DNA of 64,000 nt from Octopus bimaculoides (taxonomy: Eukaryota). A program made the position numbers and the translations under genes. The stretch lies in assembly GCF_001194135.2 (NCBI RefSeq), contig NC_068986.1, positions 55,763,942 through 55,827,941 on the forward strand, read 5' to 3'. Below, in pieces: positions 25,699 to 39,934 of this stretch (the first letter of the stretch is position 1; every line of letters begins with the position of its first letter). Below the pieces are notes generated by a model. The model was not told where the DNA came from. It made no database searches and saw only the letters and a program-made list of their open reading frames with translations.

Positions 25699-27303
25699 CA
25701 TAATACATGCAAAAACACATACAAGTATGTATAATCTAACTGTGCTTGTGTATGTATTTAAATGTCTGTGTGTTTGTTTCTAAGTATATATGCATGTACT
25801 AACGAATGTGTTCATGTGCGTACAGATATATATTCGCCCTAAAGAAACGGGGTAGTCACAGCTGCAATGCGTTTGATTATAAGGCTTCTCGATCAGTGCT
25901 GTTATGATAAGGTAGTGTCAGATAACCTCTACAAAGACGAGAGGGTCACGGTGAGAACGCTTACTTCTGGCAGGTCTATTTAATCAGGGTTTCCAAGGGG
26001 GTGGCTTTTAACCACCATGAACAACAACATAATAATTCATCAAGATAAGACGATGTCGGTTAGAACTTAGCTCTTTCATATTGCGTATATTAACGTAGTT
26101 TTTTTTTCTTTTTGCAGAGTTCAGCACACTGAAAAGTTTTGATCTAAGATAAACCTTGGAATATTATACATAACTAATTTTCTTTTAACCTTCTCCCTCT
26201 CTCCCCACTCCTTGGAGATGTTAACGATCGGATAGAATCTCCTGATCGGACAGAATCTCCCGATCCGTCTGATAGGTATAAAGTGTATGGAAAAATCGAA
26301 AGAAATGCTTTATAAGGCTAGGATGTCGTATTATGTGATATAACGAGTTGAAAAATTTCGATTAACTGAAGTTATCATTGCAATAAATCGGCAAAAACAT
26401 TTTAAGTCTAAAGTTAAAAAAAACCCCCAGATATCAAGAGAGATAACTCTGATAAGATCAGCAAACTGCCAGAAAAACAGTAAATAGGCAAGTCTAGGTG
26501 TTTGGATATTCGTTTGTATGTGTGTGTACTCTAGTCATCTTTTAATAGCACCGACTGAACTCTTTATTGTACTTGAAAATTATCTATATCTTTTTCTTTT
26601 TCGAAATTCCTTTGTCTTTCATCTTTTCATTTAATTTTATACATATATTTTTTACCATTTCTCTTCCTGCATGTAGATATTTATATATCCGTGAACGTAT
26701 GTATGTATGCATGTATGTATGTATGTATGTATGTATGTATGTATGTATGTGTGTACGTGTGTATGTATGCACATATGTATATATATATTTATGTAAGTAC
26801 CAATATGTATACGTATGTATATNNNNNNNNNNNNNNNNNNNNNNNNNNNNNNNNNNNNNNNNNNNNNNNNNNNNNNNNNNNNNNNNNNNNNNNNNNNNNN
26901 NNNNNNNNNNNNNNNNNNNNNNNNNNNNNNNNNNNNNNNNNNNNNNNNNNNNNNNNNNNNNNNNNNNNNNNNNNNNNNNNNNNNNNNNNNNNNNNNNNNN
27001 NNNNNNNNNNNNNNNNNNNNNNNNNNNNNNNNNNNNNNNNNNNNNNNNNNNNNNNNNNNNNNNNNNNNNNNNNNNNNNNNNNNNNNNNNNNNNNNNNNNN
27101 NNNNNNNNNNNNNNNNNNNNNNNNNNNNNNNNNNATATATGTACGCACGTCTACATATCTATTTGCCTACATACCAATATACCGTATCTATATATCAACC
27201 TACCTACCTACCTACCTACCTACCTACCTACCTACCTACCTACCTACCTGCATGCATGCATACATACATACATACATACATACATACCCACTAAAGTTTT
27301 TAC

Positions 27304-27362
27304 CTTAAAGTTTCTTCAGCTGTTGCCACGTCTGTGGAATTGTTTATATTGTTATAGTTCAT
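27304..27362 (-). CDS. Gene 2: candidate first coding segment MNYNNINNSTDVATAEETL(S) of exon 27304-27425
   Basis: Good acceptor TTTCTTATTTCTTATTTGTAG| at 27426-28, donor AAG|GTAAAA; all frames are closed upstream of the ATG at 27362; the phase-2 end fits exon 23343-23397. Confidence 0.4.
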
Positions 27363-27594
27363 TGCCAGAAAGAATCAATCAATGACCGACTTAACTATTT
27401 GCAGTGGCCACCTTTAACGTAAATACTACAAATAAGAAATAAGAAACTACCTCTTCCTTTTATTCTTCTCCGTATTTTCACTCTCTTACTTTTTCTCTCA
27501 CCTTATCTCTAATACACACCACCTACCTACCTACCTATATTCATTCATACATACATACATACATACATACATTGGAGCTGCGATAGATACATTA

Positions 27595-28230
27595 CATTCC
27601 ACCTAGAAAGATATGCCTTAGTTATTCAGTAACAGGAGATAACTACTAAATACCTGATAAACAAAAGGGACAAAGATGCCATCAAACCTCCACGTTGTGA
27701 TAAAAAATGTCGGTTCTGTTATATCGTTGGGGAAGATATCACCCATATTATCAGCATATTTCCCAAAATATCTACGAGATACTCCTTGCCCCTGAGGAAT
27801 GATATAATTACAAGACTATTTACGTATACACCAAAGGCATGTCAAATTCAGCAGGTAGTCACTCCTTTAAAAACAAGGAATACTGGTGGAAACACTAATA
27901 AAAACATCTCGGTGCAAACACAACAGCCCTGGTAATGTTCTCTGGGACAGGGAACAAATGTCATACAGTATTGTAGAGGTCCGCTGTCCAGCGGATGTGA
28001 ATGTACAATCAAAAGCCCAGGAAATAGAGACCATTTATGACAAATTAATGCGGAACTTACAACTCTTGTACCCTGACTATGAATTCTTGTTTGTACCTAT
28101 CATCATAGGTGCATTATGTTATGTACCGACAAGTTTGCACAAAAGCCTAGAAATACTCGGTTTCACAGAAAAGGGCAACTCCAATCTATTAGTGGCACAG
28201 TGAAGATTTCTAAAACATTCTAAAAATTTT
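27595..28230 (+). mobile_element. 3' end of a second, distinct RLE-type non-LTR retrotransposon
   Basis: DKKCRFCYIVGEDITHIIS, KHNSPGNVLWDRE..IVEVRCPADVN and FVPIIIGALCYVP (ORF 27886-28203). Confidence 0.85.
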
Positions 28231-28995
28231 CCATAGAGATTCTTATGTGAATAGATGCACACATTTGAGTGTATGCATCAACAGTTCAACCAACACACAA
28301 ACTCAACCACATATTTACAAACATCGAGAACTTTCTTTACTAAAAAAATCTTGTCGCTTTGTTAGCAACCAGCTTGAACTCTCTCAAGAAGAACTTAAAT
28401 TAAGACTATTTACAAACATACATATAGATAGATAGATACATACATACATACATACATGTGTCTGTGTGTTTATATGTGTACGTCTGTATGTATATATGCA
28501 CAAAAATACACACTCTCATGCACATATGTATGTACATATATATGGGGAGAAAGAGTAGGATTGCACAAAAGTTGTGGACTGAGTAGGAGGTTAGCAAGTT
28601 TTTTGCAACCGATCTGGAAAAAGAAGTATGAACCTTAATTCTGAAGACTTGCTGTGGGCTGTTTTGGCCCTAAGGAAGAAAACTCAGCAAGGCTTGACAG
28701 TTTCGAGAACTCTCTCAGTTAGATATCGACGGGAAGACTTTTGATGCTTCATTGCCAAAGATTAGTAGCATATTTACTGGCCAGTGAGTGTATCGTCACA
28801 AGTGTCCAGCGAGGGGAAGTTTCAGTATCGCGCAAAAAGTAAAAAATAGTACCTCGATACATGTAAATATGTATATAAGAACGAACTGATAACTAGAGCA
28901 TATTAATGTGTGAAGTTGATATAGTATAAAAAGGCATACGCAGGTCCACAAAAAAGTCATATATATATATATATACAGAATTCGGTGTATACTCA

Positions 28996-29032
28996 AAGCA
29001 ATGACTAGTAATATTACGAAACCGGTATGCTT
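28996..29032 (+). ncRNA. Degenerate minimal type I hammerhead motif
   Basis: aagca-ATGACTA-gtaa ta ttac-GAAA-CCGG-TA-tgctt. Stem I is perfect (5 bp), stem II is 4 bp; core C3 and G8 are mutated. Confidence 0.5.
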
Positions 29033-29829
29033 GTAAATCTCTTTAACAACTCACAATAAGTACTTTTATTACCTTTATTCCTACCTCAGGTCATCTAATT
29101 GTATATATATATATATAGTTACTTTTCATAAAAAGCCTTACCTTCTTTTTGATTCCAATGTGCATTTTCTCTTATTTTTCTGCTTACTTTCCCCTTACAT
29201 TTCTACGTGTAGTTTCTATTTTGTTTTTTTTTAACATATTTCTATTATNNNNNNNNNNNNNNNNNNNNNNNNNNNNNNNNNNNNNNNNNNNNNNNNNNNN
29301 NNNNNNNNNNNNNNNNNNNNNNNNNNNNNNNNNNNNNNNNNNNNNNNNNNNNNNNNNNNNNNNNNNNNNNNNNNNNNNNNNNNNNNNNNNNNNNNNNNNN
29401 NNNNNNNNNNNNNNNNNNNNNNNNNNNNNNNNNNNNNNNNNNNNNNNNNNNNNNNNNNNNNNNNNNNNNNNNNNNNNNNNNNNNNNNNNNNNNNNNNNNN
29501 NNNNNNNNNNNNNNNNNNNNNNNNNNNNNNNNNNNNNNNNNNNNNNNNNNNNNNNNNNNNNNNNNNNNNNNNNNNNNNNNNNNNNNNNNNNNNNNNNNNN
29601 NNNNNNNNNNNNNNNNNNNNNNNNNNNNNNNNNNNNNNNNNNNNNNNNNNNNNNNNNNNNNNNNNNNNNNNNNNNNNNNNNNNNNNNNNNNNNNNNNNNN
29701 AATAAGTTGAAAAACTTAAGAAATATTAGGTTTTCTTAATAAAGCATACTTCTATAAGAGAAACACATTTTTATTGACAAGAATAATTTCTGTAGAACCA
29801 AAAACATAATGTGAACACTGAAAACTGAA

Positions 29830-30170
29830 TATTGAACATTATTTTTGCATACGAGAAGATTTAGTGGCAGTTGGGGATGTTTTACGGTTTTCGGTAACGA
29901 TCTGTAAAAAAATTGTTTCTCCATTTCATCTTTTGTGAGAATGTTATTGTAATCCTAAATCAGTTTGACATCTCTTTCTGCAACATCATTCACAACAACT
30001 GTCTTCTCAAGTTTTTCAAGTCCACTTTTGTTACTAGGATCATCCTTCTATGTTGAAGGGTCTTTGTCAAAGAAATCGGTGCTGATAGAAAATCTCGTGA
30101 ATAAAGTTTTTGTACCAGGAATTACAAAAGACGAAAATTCGATGTTTGTAAAGGAGGAAAAGTCGTTTTG
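29830..30170 (-). mobile_element. DNA-transposase C-terminal remnant (superfamily uncertain, possibly hAT-related)
   Basis: STDFFDKDPST*...VVVNDVAERDVKLI*DYNNILTKDEMEKQFF matches the recalled VVNDxAERGVKLxxDYNxxLTKDE transposase motif. Confidence 0.6.
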
Positions 30171-30369
30171 GTGCAGAATGTACCACTTTAGCTGATTTTT
30201 TATTGTTATTATTACTATATTTATCCTAGATTATATCGGTACAGCTCGGTGCAACTAAAAAAAACAAACAAAAAAAACTGGTTCACCAGTCAGCATCATT
30301 ATACTGTAGTCGGCAAAATGGAATAGGAGCTTTATTTGCATACTTAAAACATTTCCAGTAAACAAATTT

Positions 30370-30411
<42 letters not shown>

Positions 30412-31763
30412 AATATTACTAGTTGTTATGTAAGTAATAAAACCTATGTAATAGCATAATAATTGCAATTAAAAGTGAGATTTTACATTTTATATTTTTC
30501 GCATTACCGCCTTTTGAAGAGATATGAGTCATGTTGAAATACGGTAACAGGTAATTCGGAGTCTCGGCAGTGTATAATTTGTCATAATTACTGTTATATT
30601 GTACACACAAACATATACATACATACATACATACATACATACATACATACATACATACATACATACATACGTATATATATATATATATATATGTATGCAT
30701 ATTATGTGTACGTATATACATACACACACACACACACATACATACACATACGGTCACACACATGCACACACACTACGTACAAACGTATATACATGCTCAC
30801 TCAAACCTATATAAACATGTTAATGTGCAACAAAAAATAAAAAAAATATTTGGCATCTTCTCTCGCTAATTTTTACATAACATTTTGTAAACTGTTCTTT
30901 AGTGGAAATACCAGCCTCCTGCGTTTCTTAATAGCTATCCCATAATACATAAACCGTATGTCAGATACTTTATATTGCTTTTGTTTCGGATTTCAGAAAG
31001 AAGAAAAGACGTTCTCTTGTGTTCTTCAATTACCATATAGATTGACATAGCAGACAAGTATAATGAAAAATATATGCACATGTATGTGTGTGTGTTTTTG
31101 TGTGTTTCTGTGTGTACATATATGTGTATGTATATATGGTAAAAAAGATAGAAGCGTCGAGGTATGCTGTATACCAGCCTTGAACTATTTTCCCTCAACA
31201 GCAAGATTTAAACGTCTTTGCTACACTAGGTCACGCTGAACACATTACTTAAACAGACACTTATTTAAGAGATTTAGTTTGCATCCGTTAGTTTGATGAG
31301 AAAAGTACGGTTTAAATGGTGTTTCTGGATAATTTAGTCTCTAGATAATTCATGCAACATTAATGTACATTGACTTCGTGATTTTCCTATCGCTACTTCA
31401 GTAAGTACTGCGAAATCTATACGTCGCTGATAAAATCATGTAAGACAGAAATAGGCCAAGAGTCTTCTCCCAACCTTGGCGAATTAATTAAAATGATATT
31501 TGTCACTGATTGATACTGATACTACTTATCGCATAATTATTTCTAGTTGGTTTTCTAATTGCCCCTGCATTGAATATGCTAATTCTAATATAACCATTGT
31601 TAGCCTTAGAATTATTTACTTTATGAATTATATCTAAAGCAAGCTCTTGAACACAGCAGACTGAATGGAGCAACAGAAGCTACAACATTGGCTTCACGGG
31701 CGCCGGTAACATTGCTAGACACATTTAAAGGGAACAACTACAATACCTATAACCACACATGCG

Positions 31764-31805
<42 letters not shown>

Positions 31806-32038
31806 TTATATATGTATCTGTGTCTGTCCTATGTGTACGTTTTTTAATATTGAATGCATTTTGTTAATAGTAAAATTCTATATATTTTTTGCGACTCTAT
31901 CTTCTTTTTTTCCCTCTTGTCCTCATATCCTTTTCCAGCATTCCAGCATTCCAACTTCCACTCTTCCTCTCTCTCACCCTATCACTCGTAATTGTCGACT
32001 TTCTCCCTTCCTTCCATTTTCTCTCTGCTGCTGCTGCT

Positions 32039-32114
<76 letters not shown>

Positions 32115-32197
32115 TCTCCCTCATCCTCCTTCCCCTCTATCTACTGCCCACACGTGCCTTTCGCCACCAGACGCTTAGCTTGCCGGTCAATATCTAT

Positions 32198-32395
32198 CTG
32201 GCAGAAACGTTAGCACGCCGGGCGAAATGCTTAGCAGTATTTCGTCTGTCTTTTTGTTCTGATTCCAAATTCCGCCGAGGTCGACTTTGCCTTTCATCCA
32301 TTCGGGGTCGATAAATTAAGTACCAGATGTGTACTGGGGTCGATCTAATCGAATGGCCCCGTCTCCCAAAATTTCGGGCCTTGTGACTAGAGTTG
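32198..32395 (+). mobile_element. SINE family B, young copy
   Basis: CTGGCAGAAACGTTAGCACGCCGGGCGAAATGCTTAGC...GAGGTCGACTTTGCCTTTCATCC. Confidence 0.9.
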
Positions 32396-32569
32396 AAAAG
32401 AATATCTATCTCTTCTCTTGCTATTTCGCTTTCTATATCAATTCAGAATTTCTTCCAGGCGTTAGCCATTATTCTCGTCTGTTTGGCCGAAAGACCGTAT
32501 TTATTCCGTCTTCCTTAATCGTTTAAATTACATTTTTTAAAAACTTTCATACGTCCACTCTGTATCCTT

Positions 32570-32795
32570 TTGTTTGTTCGAGCCCTAATTCTCTGCAAAT
32601 TTTGTGGGTACCGCCGATAATGCGAAGTTTTCAGGCTTATCATTTATAGGCATGAAACTGTGTATTAACATATCGGTTGATAACTGAAGAAGAATTAGGG
32701 TCCTTCCGTGTCTGTCCTATGTATACGATTTTTAGTATTTAATGCATTTTTCATTTATTGAGTAACTGAACGCCACGCATCCCGACTTTTGTTAA

Positions 32796-32800
<5 letters not shown>
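32570..32800 (+). repeat. Unclassified ~230-bp dispersed repeat (inverted copy at about 43770-43990; fragment at 31820-31870)
   Basis: Shared blocks such as GAAGAATTAGGGTCCTT..GTGTCTGTCCTA.GT and CACGCATCCCGACTTTTGTTAAC. Confidence 0.75.
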
Positions 32801-32853
<53 letters not shown>

Positions 32854-32857
32854 GCGC

Positions 32858-32893
<36 letters not shown>

Positions 32894-33032
32894 CCTCGTG
32901 TTCATTTTGGTTGAAGAGGGTAGGCTAGAAACGTAACAGACTTACTCACCTTCCCTAGCGTCAAACTAATACACATGCTTGTTGTTTATACACCGGTCTT
33001 CGTCTTTTGTTTTTCTGTAAATTTCAACTTAT

Positions 33033-33686
33033 AGGCGTGACTGTGTGGTAAGAAATTGCTTCTCAATCACATGGTTCTGGGTTCAGTTCCACCATGTGGC
33101 AACTTTAGCAAGTGTCTTCTACTATATCCTTGGGCCAACCAACGCCTTGTGATTGGATTAGGTAGACGGAAACTGAAAGAAGCTCGTCGTTTATATATAT
33201 ATATCCCTCTCACATCACTGACTCCTTTACCTGCACTTCTAGTAACGTCATTTACTGCATCTCCTACTCTTTCTCCTCTTCCCTGTACATTGGTCAAACG
33301 GGACGCCGCTGGTCTGACCGGCGTGTGTGTTTGTGTATGTATATGTATATATATATAATTATATATATATATACATATATACATATATATAAACATATAC
33401 ATATATGTATATAAGACATATATACGTATATATGTATATATAAGTATATACATACACACACAAATGTGTGTGTCTTTATGTCTGTGTGTTTGTCCCTCCC
33501 CCTACCAATTGACAACAGGTGCTAGTATATTTACGTCTCCGTAACCTAGCAGTTCGGCATAAGAGACCGATAGAATAAGTACCAGGCCTTAAGAAAAAAT
33601 AGATACATTCAACCAAAAATTCTTCAAGAGTTGCCCCAGCCTGGCCGCAGTCTAATGACTGAAACAAGTTAAAGATAAAAGAAAAG
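33033..33686 (+). mobile_element. SINE family A, full-length with expanded internal microsatellite and ~115-bp insert
   Basis: Head at 33033, CORE-like part to about 33190, second half from about 33460, tail GAAACAAGTTAAAGATAAAAG. Confidence 0.85.
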
Positions 33687-35031
33687 ATGCAGAAACGTAG
33701 CAAAGCTGCTCTGCATACGGCAGACGATAGATTTTCAGTAAATTAGTTCGTAACTCAGTTCCCGGACAAGCATAGACTAAGGTTTAGTATTTAATGTCTG
33801 GATTGTTGCCAAACGTTCCCATTCCTTCATAAGTGAAATAATGCAGCGGGTGGATCACAAAACTTTATTTTCTATCATTTTATAGAGTATTAGTGATCTA
33901 GAATATGACACGAGACATATGTGTTGTAGACGTCATCGGAAGTATTTTAAGGAGTCTCTTCCGGAAGGCTCTCAGGTCAGAGATTATGGCGAGCGTATTC
34001 TTAACTTTCAATATTCGTTGGTAGAGTAAAGGTCGAACCGCTGTTATCCGATACAACTTTCAATTTAGTTCAACGGCTTTCTTCACGCCACTTTCATTTG
34101 ACAACGTAAGGCAACTGGAAAAGGTGTTTGCTTTAGTAATCAAGGTTATTCAGGATATTCGATGTTTCCTGGCTAAGCAAAGAAGACATTTCTCCTTTGG
34201 AGGTTGCACACGAACGTACACAGCGCGCGCGCAGATGCCTCTGTGTGTGTGTGTGAGTATGTTGATGTGTGTGTATTGATGTGTATGTGTTGATGAGTTG
34301 ATGTGTGTGTTGATATGTGTGTATTGATGTGTTGATGTGTGTATGTGTGTTTGCTGGTGTGTGTGAATACTGTATGTGTATGTATCTCTTTTGCCGGTTT
34401 ATATTGGCGTTGGATATAAACATCGGCAAAAACAAAACAAAACAGAAAGCAAAAAAATTCCCTAGAAAACCGGTGATTTTCAAACGAAGCCCTTTGACAT
34501 CGTGTTACAGATCGTCTCTTATCTCTCCCGTTTTATAAAACGGAGAACCAGTGACTACCGGTCTGTCGGAAAGCTGTAACTAACGATGCTTACTGTTCAC
34601 AAACTCCATCATAAAATAAATAAATAAATGACAAAGTAAAGTAACTGCGGCAATAAAGTAATTAAACAATAAGCTAATGTTAGCTGCAGGCTATATATAC
34701 TGTGAAAAATCAAGGAACAATAGACTCCTTTTCCGGTTTTCCAGTTATTATAATGAGAGTGCTGATTCACAGACATGACAGGGTTAGGTAATGTTCCCCG
34801 GGCAAAATGCCGACACTTTCATAGTAAAACAGAAAATAGCTATTATTATAAACACACTAATTTCAGAAGGGGTTATTGTTATAACAGTCGTTACTGTTGT
34901 TGCTGTTGATGTTGATCTCAGGGGTCATCCGTTATCGTATAAACCTATGATAAATTGCATTCCAGCCATGGCCATCACGTTATATTTTATTTAGTTTATT
35001 ATTATTATCATCATCATCATCATCATCATCA

Positions 35032-35092
<61 letters not shown>

Positions 35093-35099
35093 GTGTATT

Positions 35100-35480
35100 A
35101 CGTGGCTAGGTAGGACGGTTAAAGCGCCAGACAAAATAAAATGCCAAGTGGTATTTGTTCCACCTCTTTACACTCTAAGTTCAAATGCCAACAAGGTCAT
35201 CTTTGCCTTTCATCCTTTCTAGATCGATAAAACCTAAGTACTAGTAAAGCATATGAGTCGTAATATGGGGAAAATTTAAGGTAGCCAGCTGGCAAATTCA
35301 TTACTGTGTCGGACAAAATGCGGCATTTTTTCCGATTTTACGTTCTGAGTTCATATTCCACTGGGGTCGATTTTGCTTTTCATCCTTTTGAGGGCAATAA
35401 AATAAGTACCACTTGAACGTAATCGACTTAACCCCTCCCCTAAAATTGCTGGCCTTGAGCCAAAATTTGAAACCATTATG
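35100..35480 (+). mobile_element. Two tandem SINE family B copies
   Basis: Family body at about 35180-35250 and 35340-35430. Confidence 0.75.
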
Positions 35481-36289
35481 AGAGAAATTTGGTTACAGTA
35501 TCTAGCAAGTCTGTGAACTGAACTATGTTGAGGGAACCTTGTTGTCATGATGCCTAGTTCCAAGATACATCTCACGGATTCTCTTGTATGCATCAGCAGC
35601 GATGTTTCTGGGGTCCCAAGGAGTTCTATGTCTTTCAATATCAGATCCCCTTCACCCAAGTGATCCATATGGGACTGATCCGAATCGAGCTTCCGTCTCA
35701 GTGGCCACAAACCTCCGGTCTCCTCTTTAAATCCTGAGTAGCAAGTGACCTTCTCTACAGCTTCAGTAATGGAATTTGCGGGCCTCCTCTTTGCTGCACC
35801 TGTAAGTCTAATCCCAGCCAAAGCTTTGCAGACTGAACACTCTGCAAACCCCTACTTGTATTGCCTTGCAACGTTGACATCAAATTTTTGTACGTGAGCA
35901 GAAATTATATTCTATCACCTGTCCACATTCTCAATCATCTATCCAGATTCTGTGTCACTTGTCCATACAAATGGCTATCTATCTTTAAGGTTCCGTGGCA
36001 CATTGATGAAAAAATATAAAACTGAAAAAGTATTGACGCTATGGTTAGTTCAAATTAAAAATGCAGAAAATAATATTCATTAAAAAACACAAGAAAAAAA
36101 ACTATTGATTATCTTCTTTTATTAATCAGATATATGTACAATAAATAATGAAAAATATATTTTTTTCAAAACGCGCTCAAGTATAAAGATGGTTTATGCG
36201 AAGATGAAATATATCTTTAAGAACCGTGGTTTACTATGATTACCTTGTGTGGCTCAACGTAAAAACAACCCGCTGATCCAGACTGTCAC

Positions 36290-36443
36290 AGAGAGAGACA
36301 GGGGAGAGAGGGAGAGAGAGACAGAAAAAGAGAGAAAGTGCTATACATACGCATACATGTATATATACTCACACAGACACGTACATATATAATGCATATG
36401 GACGTGTATATATATATATATACATGTATAATACATATGTATG

Positions 36444-36475
<32 letters not shown>

Positions 36476-36484
36476 ATGCATATG

Positions 36485-36537
<53 letters not shown>

Positions 36538-36808
36538 ATATATATATACACACACACATATACACACACACACATATATATACACACACACACGCACACA
36601 TATATATACATCTATACATATATGTATATATATACACACACACATACACATGTATATATATGTGTATGTGTGTGTGTGTGCGTGAGTGTGTGTGTACGTG
36701 AGATCAAGCCAATCTGATATCATAATCAAAGGCAAAGTGAAAGAGAAAGTAAATACGTGCAGTTTGTTAGACAACGACAACAACAACAACGACGACGACG
36801 ACGACGAC

Positions 36809-36880
<72 letters not shown>

Positions 36881-36958
36881 TAGAAGAAGAAGAAGAAGAA
36901 GAAGAAGAAGAAGAAGAAGAAGAAGAAGAAGAAGAAGAAGAAGAAGAAGAAGAAGAAG
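36290..36958. repeat. Compound microsatellite block (GA, TA, CA, AAC/GAC, AAT, AGA)
   Basis: Direct reading of the sequence. Confidence 0.95.
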
Positions 36959-37234
36959 GTAAACCTGCCTAAGTGTTGGGACACATTAATATTCCTATAA
37001 TGCATTGAATAGAATTGTAATAGGAGACAGGTAGACATGACAGTACTAATAAAAAGAAAAAAAGAAACAACATGAAATAAAAAAAATAACAATAAAACAA
37101 CGGAAAAGTAACTCCAGATGACGAAATCGCATCTCAGTAAATTACCTGTAACCCAGATTCTCACAAACATACGCAAAAAACCAATATTTTTCTTGTCTAA
37201 GATGTACCTGGTGGAAAAGGTACAAAAACCACAG

Positions 37235-37245
37235 CAAAATCATGG

Positions 37246-37291
<46 letters not shown>

Positions 37292-37650
37292 GATGATGAT
37301 GATAATGATCGAGATGATGGCGATGATGATGATGATTGAGACGATGATGATAATAATGATTATAATAGTGGTGGTTGTGGTATTGATGAAAACAACGGAC
37401 GACTGTCGGTGATAATGACGCTGACGTCGACTACAACAATGACGACGACGACGACGATGATGGTGATGATGGTGATGATGGTGATGATATTAATATGTTG
37501 ATGATGATAGTGATGGTGATGATAATGATGATGACGAGCAAGCGACAGATGATAACGAAGGTGAAGATTATGATTGAGCTGTCGTAGTTGTTGATGACGA
37601 GATAATGATGATGGTGGTATGATGTATATTAGTTATTGTGTGTGTGTGTG

Positions 37651-37684
<34 letters not shown>

Positions 37685-37968
37685 GAGAACTTATCAAATA
37701 TATGCTTGAAACCCATCTGAAAATGGAGGAAAAAAAAACTAAAAAAAAAACTGAAAACAAACAAACAAATTACTTTTATTAAAGTTGTCACTTCAATATG
37801 GTAAATATTTCTTACCATTTCTATATATTATTATACTTGTTAATTACAACACACATCTTGCCTTCGATCGAGAAGAAGAAGAAGAAGAAGAAGAAGAAGA
37901 AGAAGAAGAAGAAGAAGAAGAAGAAGAAGAAGAAGAAGAAGAAGAAGAAGAAGAAGAAGAAGAAGAGA
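37235..37968. repeat. GAT/GGT low-complexity tract, (TG)n and (GAA)n
   Basis: Direct reading of the sequence. Confidence 0.9.
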
Positions 37969-38274
37969 AACAAGACAAACATGTTTATTCTATTTGAGAA
38001 GGTAATTGCTTAATTAGGTAGTAGAAAGATAGACATACAGAGTTTCTTGGATGGGAAAAGTGTGGTATATATTTGTGTGTGTATGTGTGTGTGTGTGTGC
38101 ACTGAGAGAAATTAGTAGAAGCGGGAGAGAAATTAGATTAGCTGCACTGAATAGCACACACGTAAACGCGCGTGTGTGTGTATAATATATATAATTAATA
38201 AATATCAGGATAAGAAAAAATGTTAGAATTTTTTTACTACCAGTGGCCGAGCATGTAGAAAGCTAGTCAATAGA

Positions 38275-38604
38275 CTCTTTTACTTGTTTCAGTCATTTGA
38301 CTGTGGCCATGCTGGAGCACCGCCTTCGAGCAAATCCACCCCCAGGACTTATTCTTTGTAAGCCTAGTACTTATTCTATCGGTCTCTTTTGCCGAACCGT
38401 TAAGTTACGGGGACGTTAACACACCAGCATCGGTTGTCAAGCGATGTTGGGGGGACAAACACAGACACACAAACATATATACACACACATACATATACAT
38501 ATATACGACGGGCTTCTTTCAGTTTCCGTCTACCAAATCCACTCACAAGGCTTTGGTCGGCCCGAGGCTATAGTAGAAGACACTTGCCCAAGGTGCCACG
38601 CAGT
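38275..38604 (-). mobile_element. SINE family A, young copy; head lost in a gap
   Basis: Reverse complement of the family-A tail, microsatellite and CORE-like part; ends at the N-run. Confidence 0.9.
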
Positions 38605-39335
38605 NNNNNNNNNNNNNNNNNNNNNNNNNNNNNNNNNNNNNNNNNNNNNNNNNNNNNNNNNNNNNNNNNNNNNNNNNNNNNNNNNNNNNNNNNNNNNNNN
38701 NNNNNNNNNNNNNNNNNNNNNNNNNNNNNNNNNNNNNNNNNNNNNNNNNNNNNNNNNNNNNNNNNNNNNNNNNNNNNNNNNNNNNNNNNNNNNNNNNNNN
38801 NNNNNNNNNNNNNNNNNNNNNNNNNNNNNNNNNNNNNNNNNNNNNNNNNNNNNNNNNNNNNNNNNNNNNNNNNNNNNNNNNNNNNNNNNNNNNNNNNNNN
38901 NNNNNNNNNNNNNNNNNNNNNNNNNNNNNNNNNNNNNNNNNNNNNNNNNNNNNNNNNNNNNNNNNNNNNNNNNNNNNNNNNNNNNNNNNNNNNNNNNNNN
39001 NNNNNNNNNNNNNNNNNNNNNNNNNNNNNNNNNNNNNNNNNNNNNNNNNNNNNNNNNNNNNNNNNNNNNNNNNNNNNNNNNNNNNNNNNNNNNNNNNNNN
39101 NNNNNNNNNNNNNNNNNNNNNNNNNNNNNNNNNNNNNNNNNNNNNNNNNNNNNNNNNNNNNNNNNNNNNNNNNNNNNNNNNNNNNNNNNNNNNNNNNNNN
39201 NNNNNNNNNNNNNNNNNNNNNNNNNNNNNNNNNNNNATGTACATAACTATATAAATTTATATGACTATGTATACGAACATTTATACGTAATGTATCCACG
39301 CATTACTCATACGAACACTGTATATGTATGTATGT

Positions 39336-39368
<33 letters not shown>

Positions 39369-39859
39369 AACTGTCCAATATATGTGTATACATATATACA
39401 TATGTGTGTGTGTGTGTATAGTGGGCGAGAGAGAGTGAGTGAGTAAGAGAGAGTGAGAAAGAGAGAATGAGAAAGAGAGAATTTAAGAGATATAAATAAA
39501 TATGATAAATATATAAAAATCACTAGACTAATATTACTGCCATTTATATAACTCACTCTTAGAATTCGTTAATTACCACAACAGTATCAACAACAACATT
39601 TAACATGAACAAACAAGAAGCTTGACAAACGAGAAATAGAATTAGAACTTGTCAGTATCAGATTAAGTTATAACCATATGCATACTGTCTATCTTTCATT
39701 AAGATATTTTCTAATTATTCTCATTATCTTTACATCTGAAGTTTCTCCCGCTCTATCACCAACACTCATTTCCCTTACCACCTGATAATTTTTCACGTTT
39801 ATTTTATCTGCACCAAATGTCTCCTTCCTCTCTTCATATCTGTCTCTCTCTTCTTCTCT

Positions 39860-39895
<36 letters not shown>

Positions 39896-39934
39896 TTCTC
39901 TCTTCCTATCTCTCCTTTTTAATATTGGTTTCAA

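Noticed and set aside
32900-32941. TTGAAGA-GGGTAGGCTA-GAAACGTA as a hammerhead
   Set aside because: C3 is mutated and neither stem I nor stem II pairs in this copy.
35480-35990. 156-aa minus ORF (35351-35821)
   Set aside because: Its 3' end is SINE sequence and the rest only loosely resembles a decayed RTE-like LINE; no splice or motif support for a host gene.
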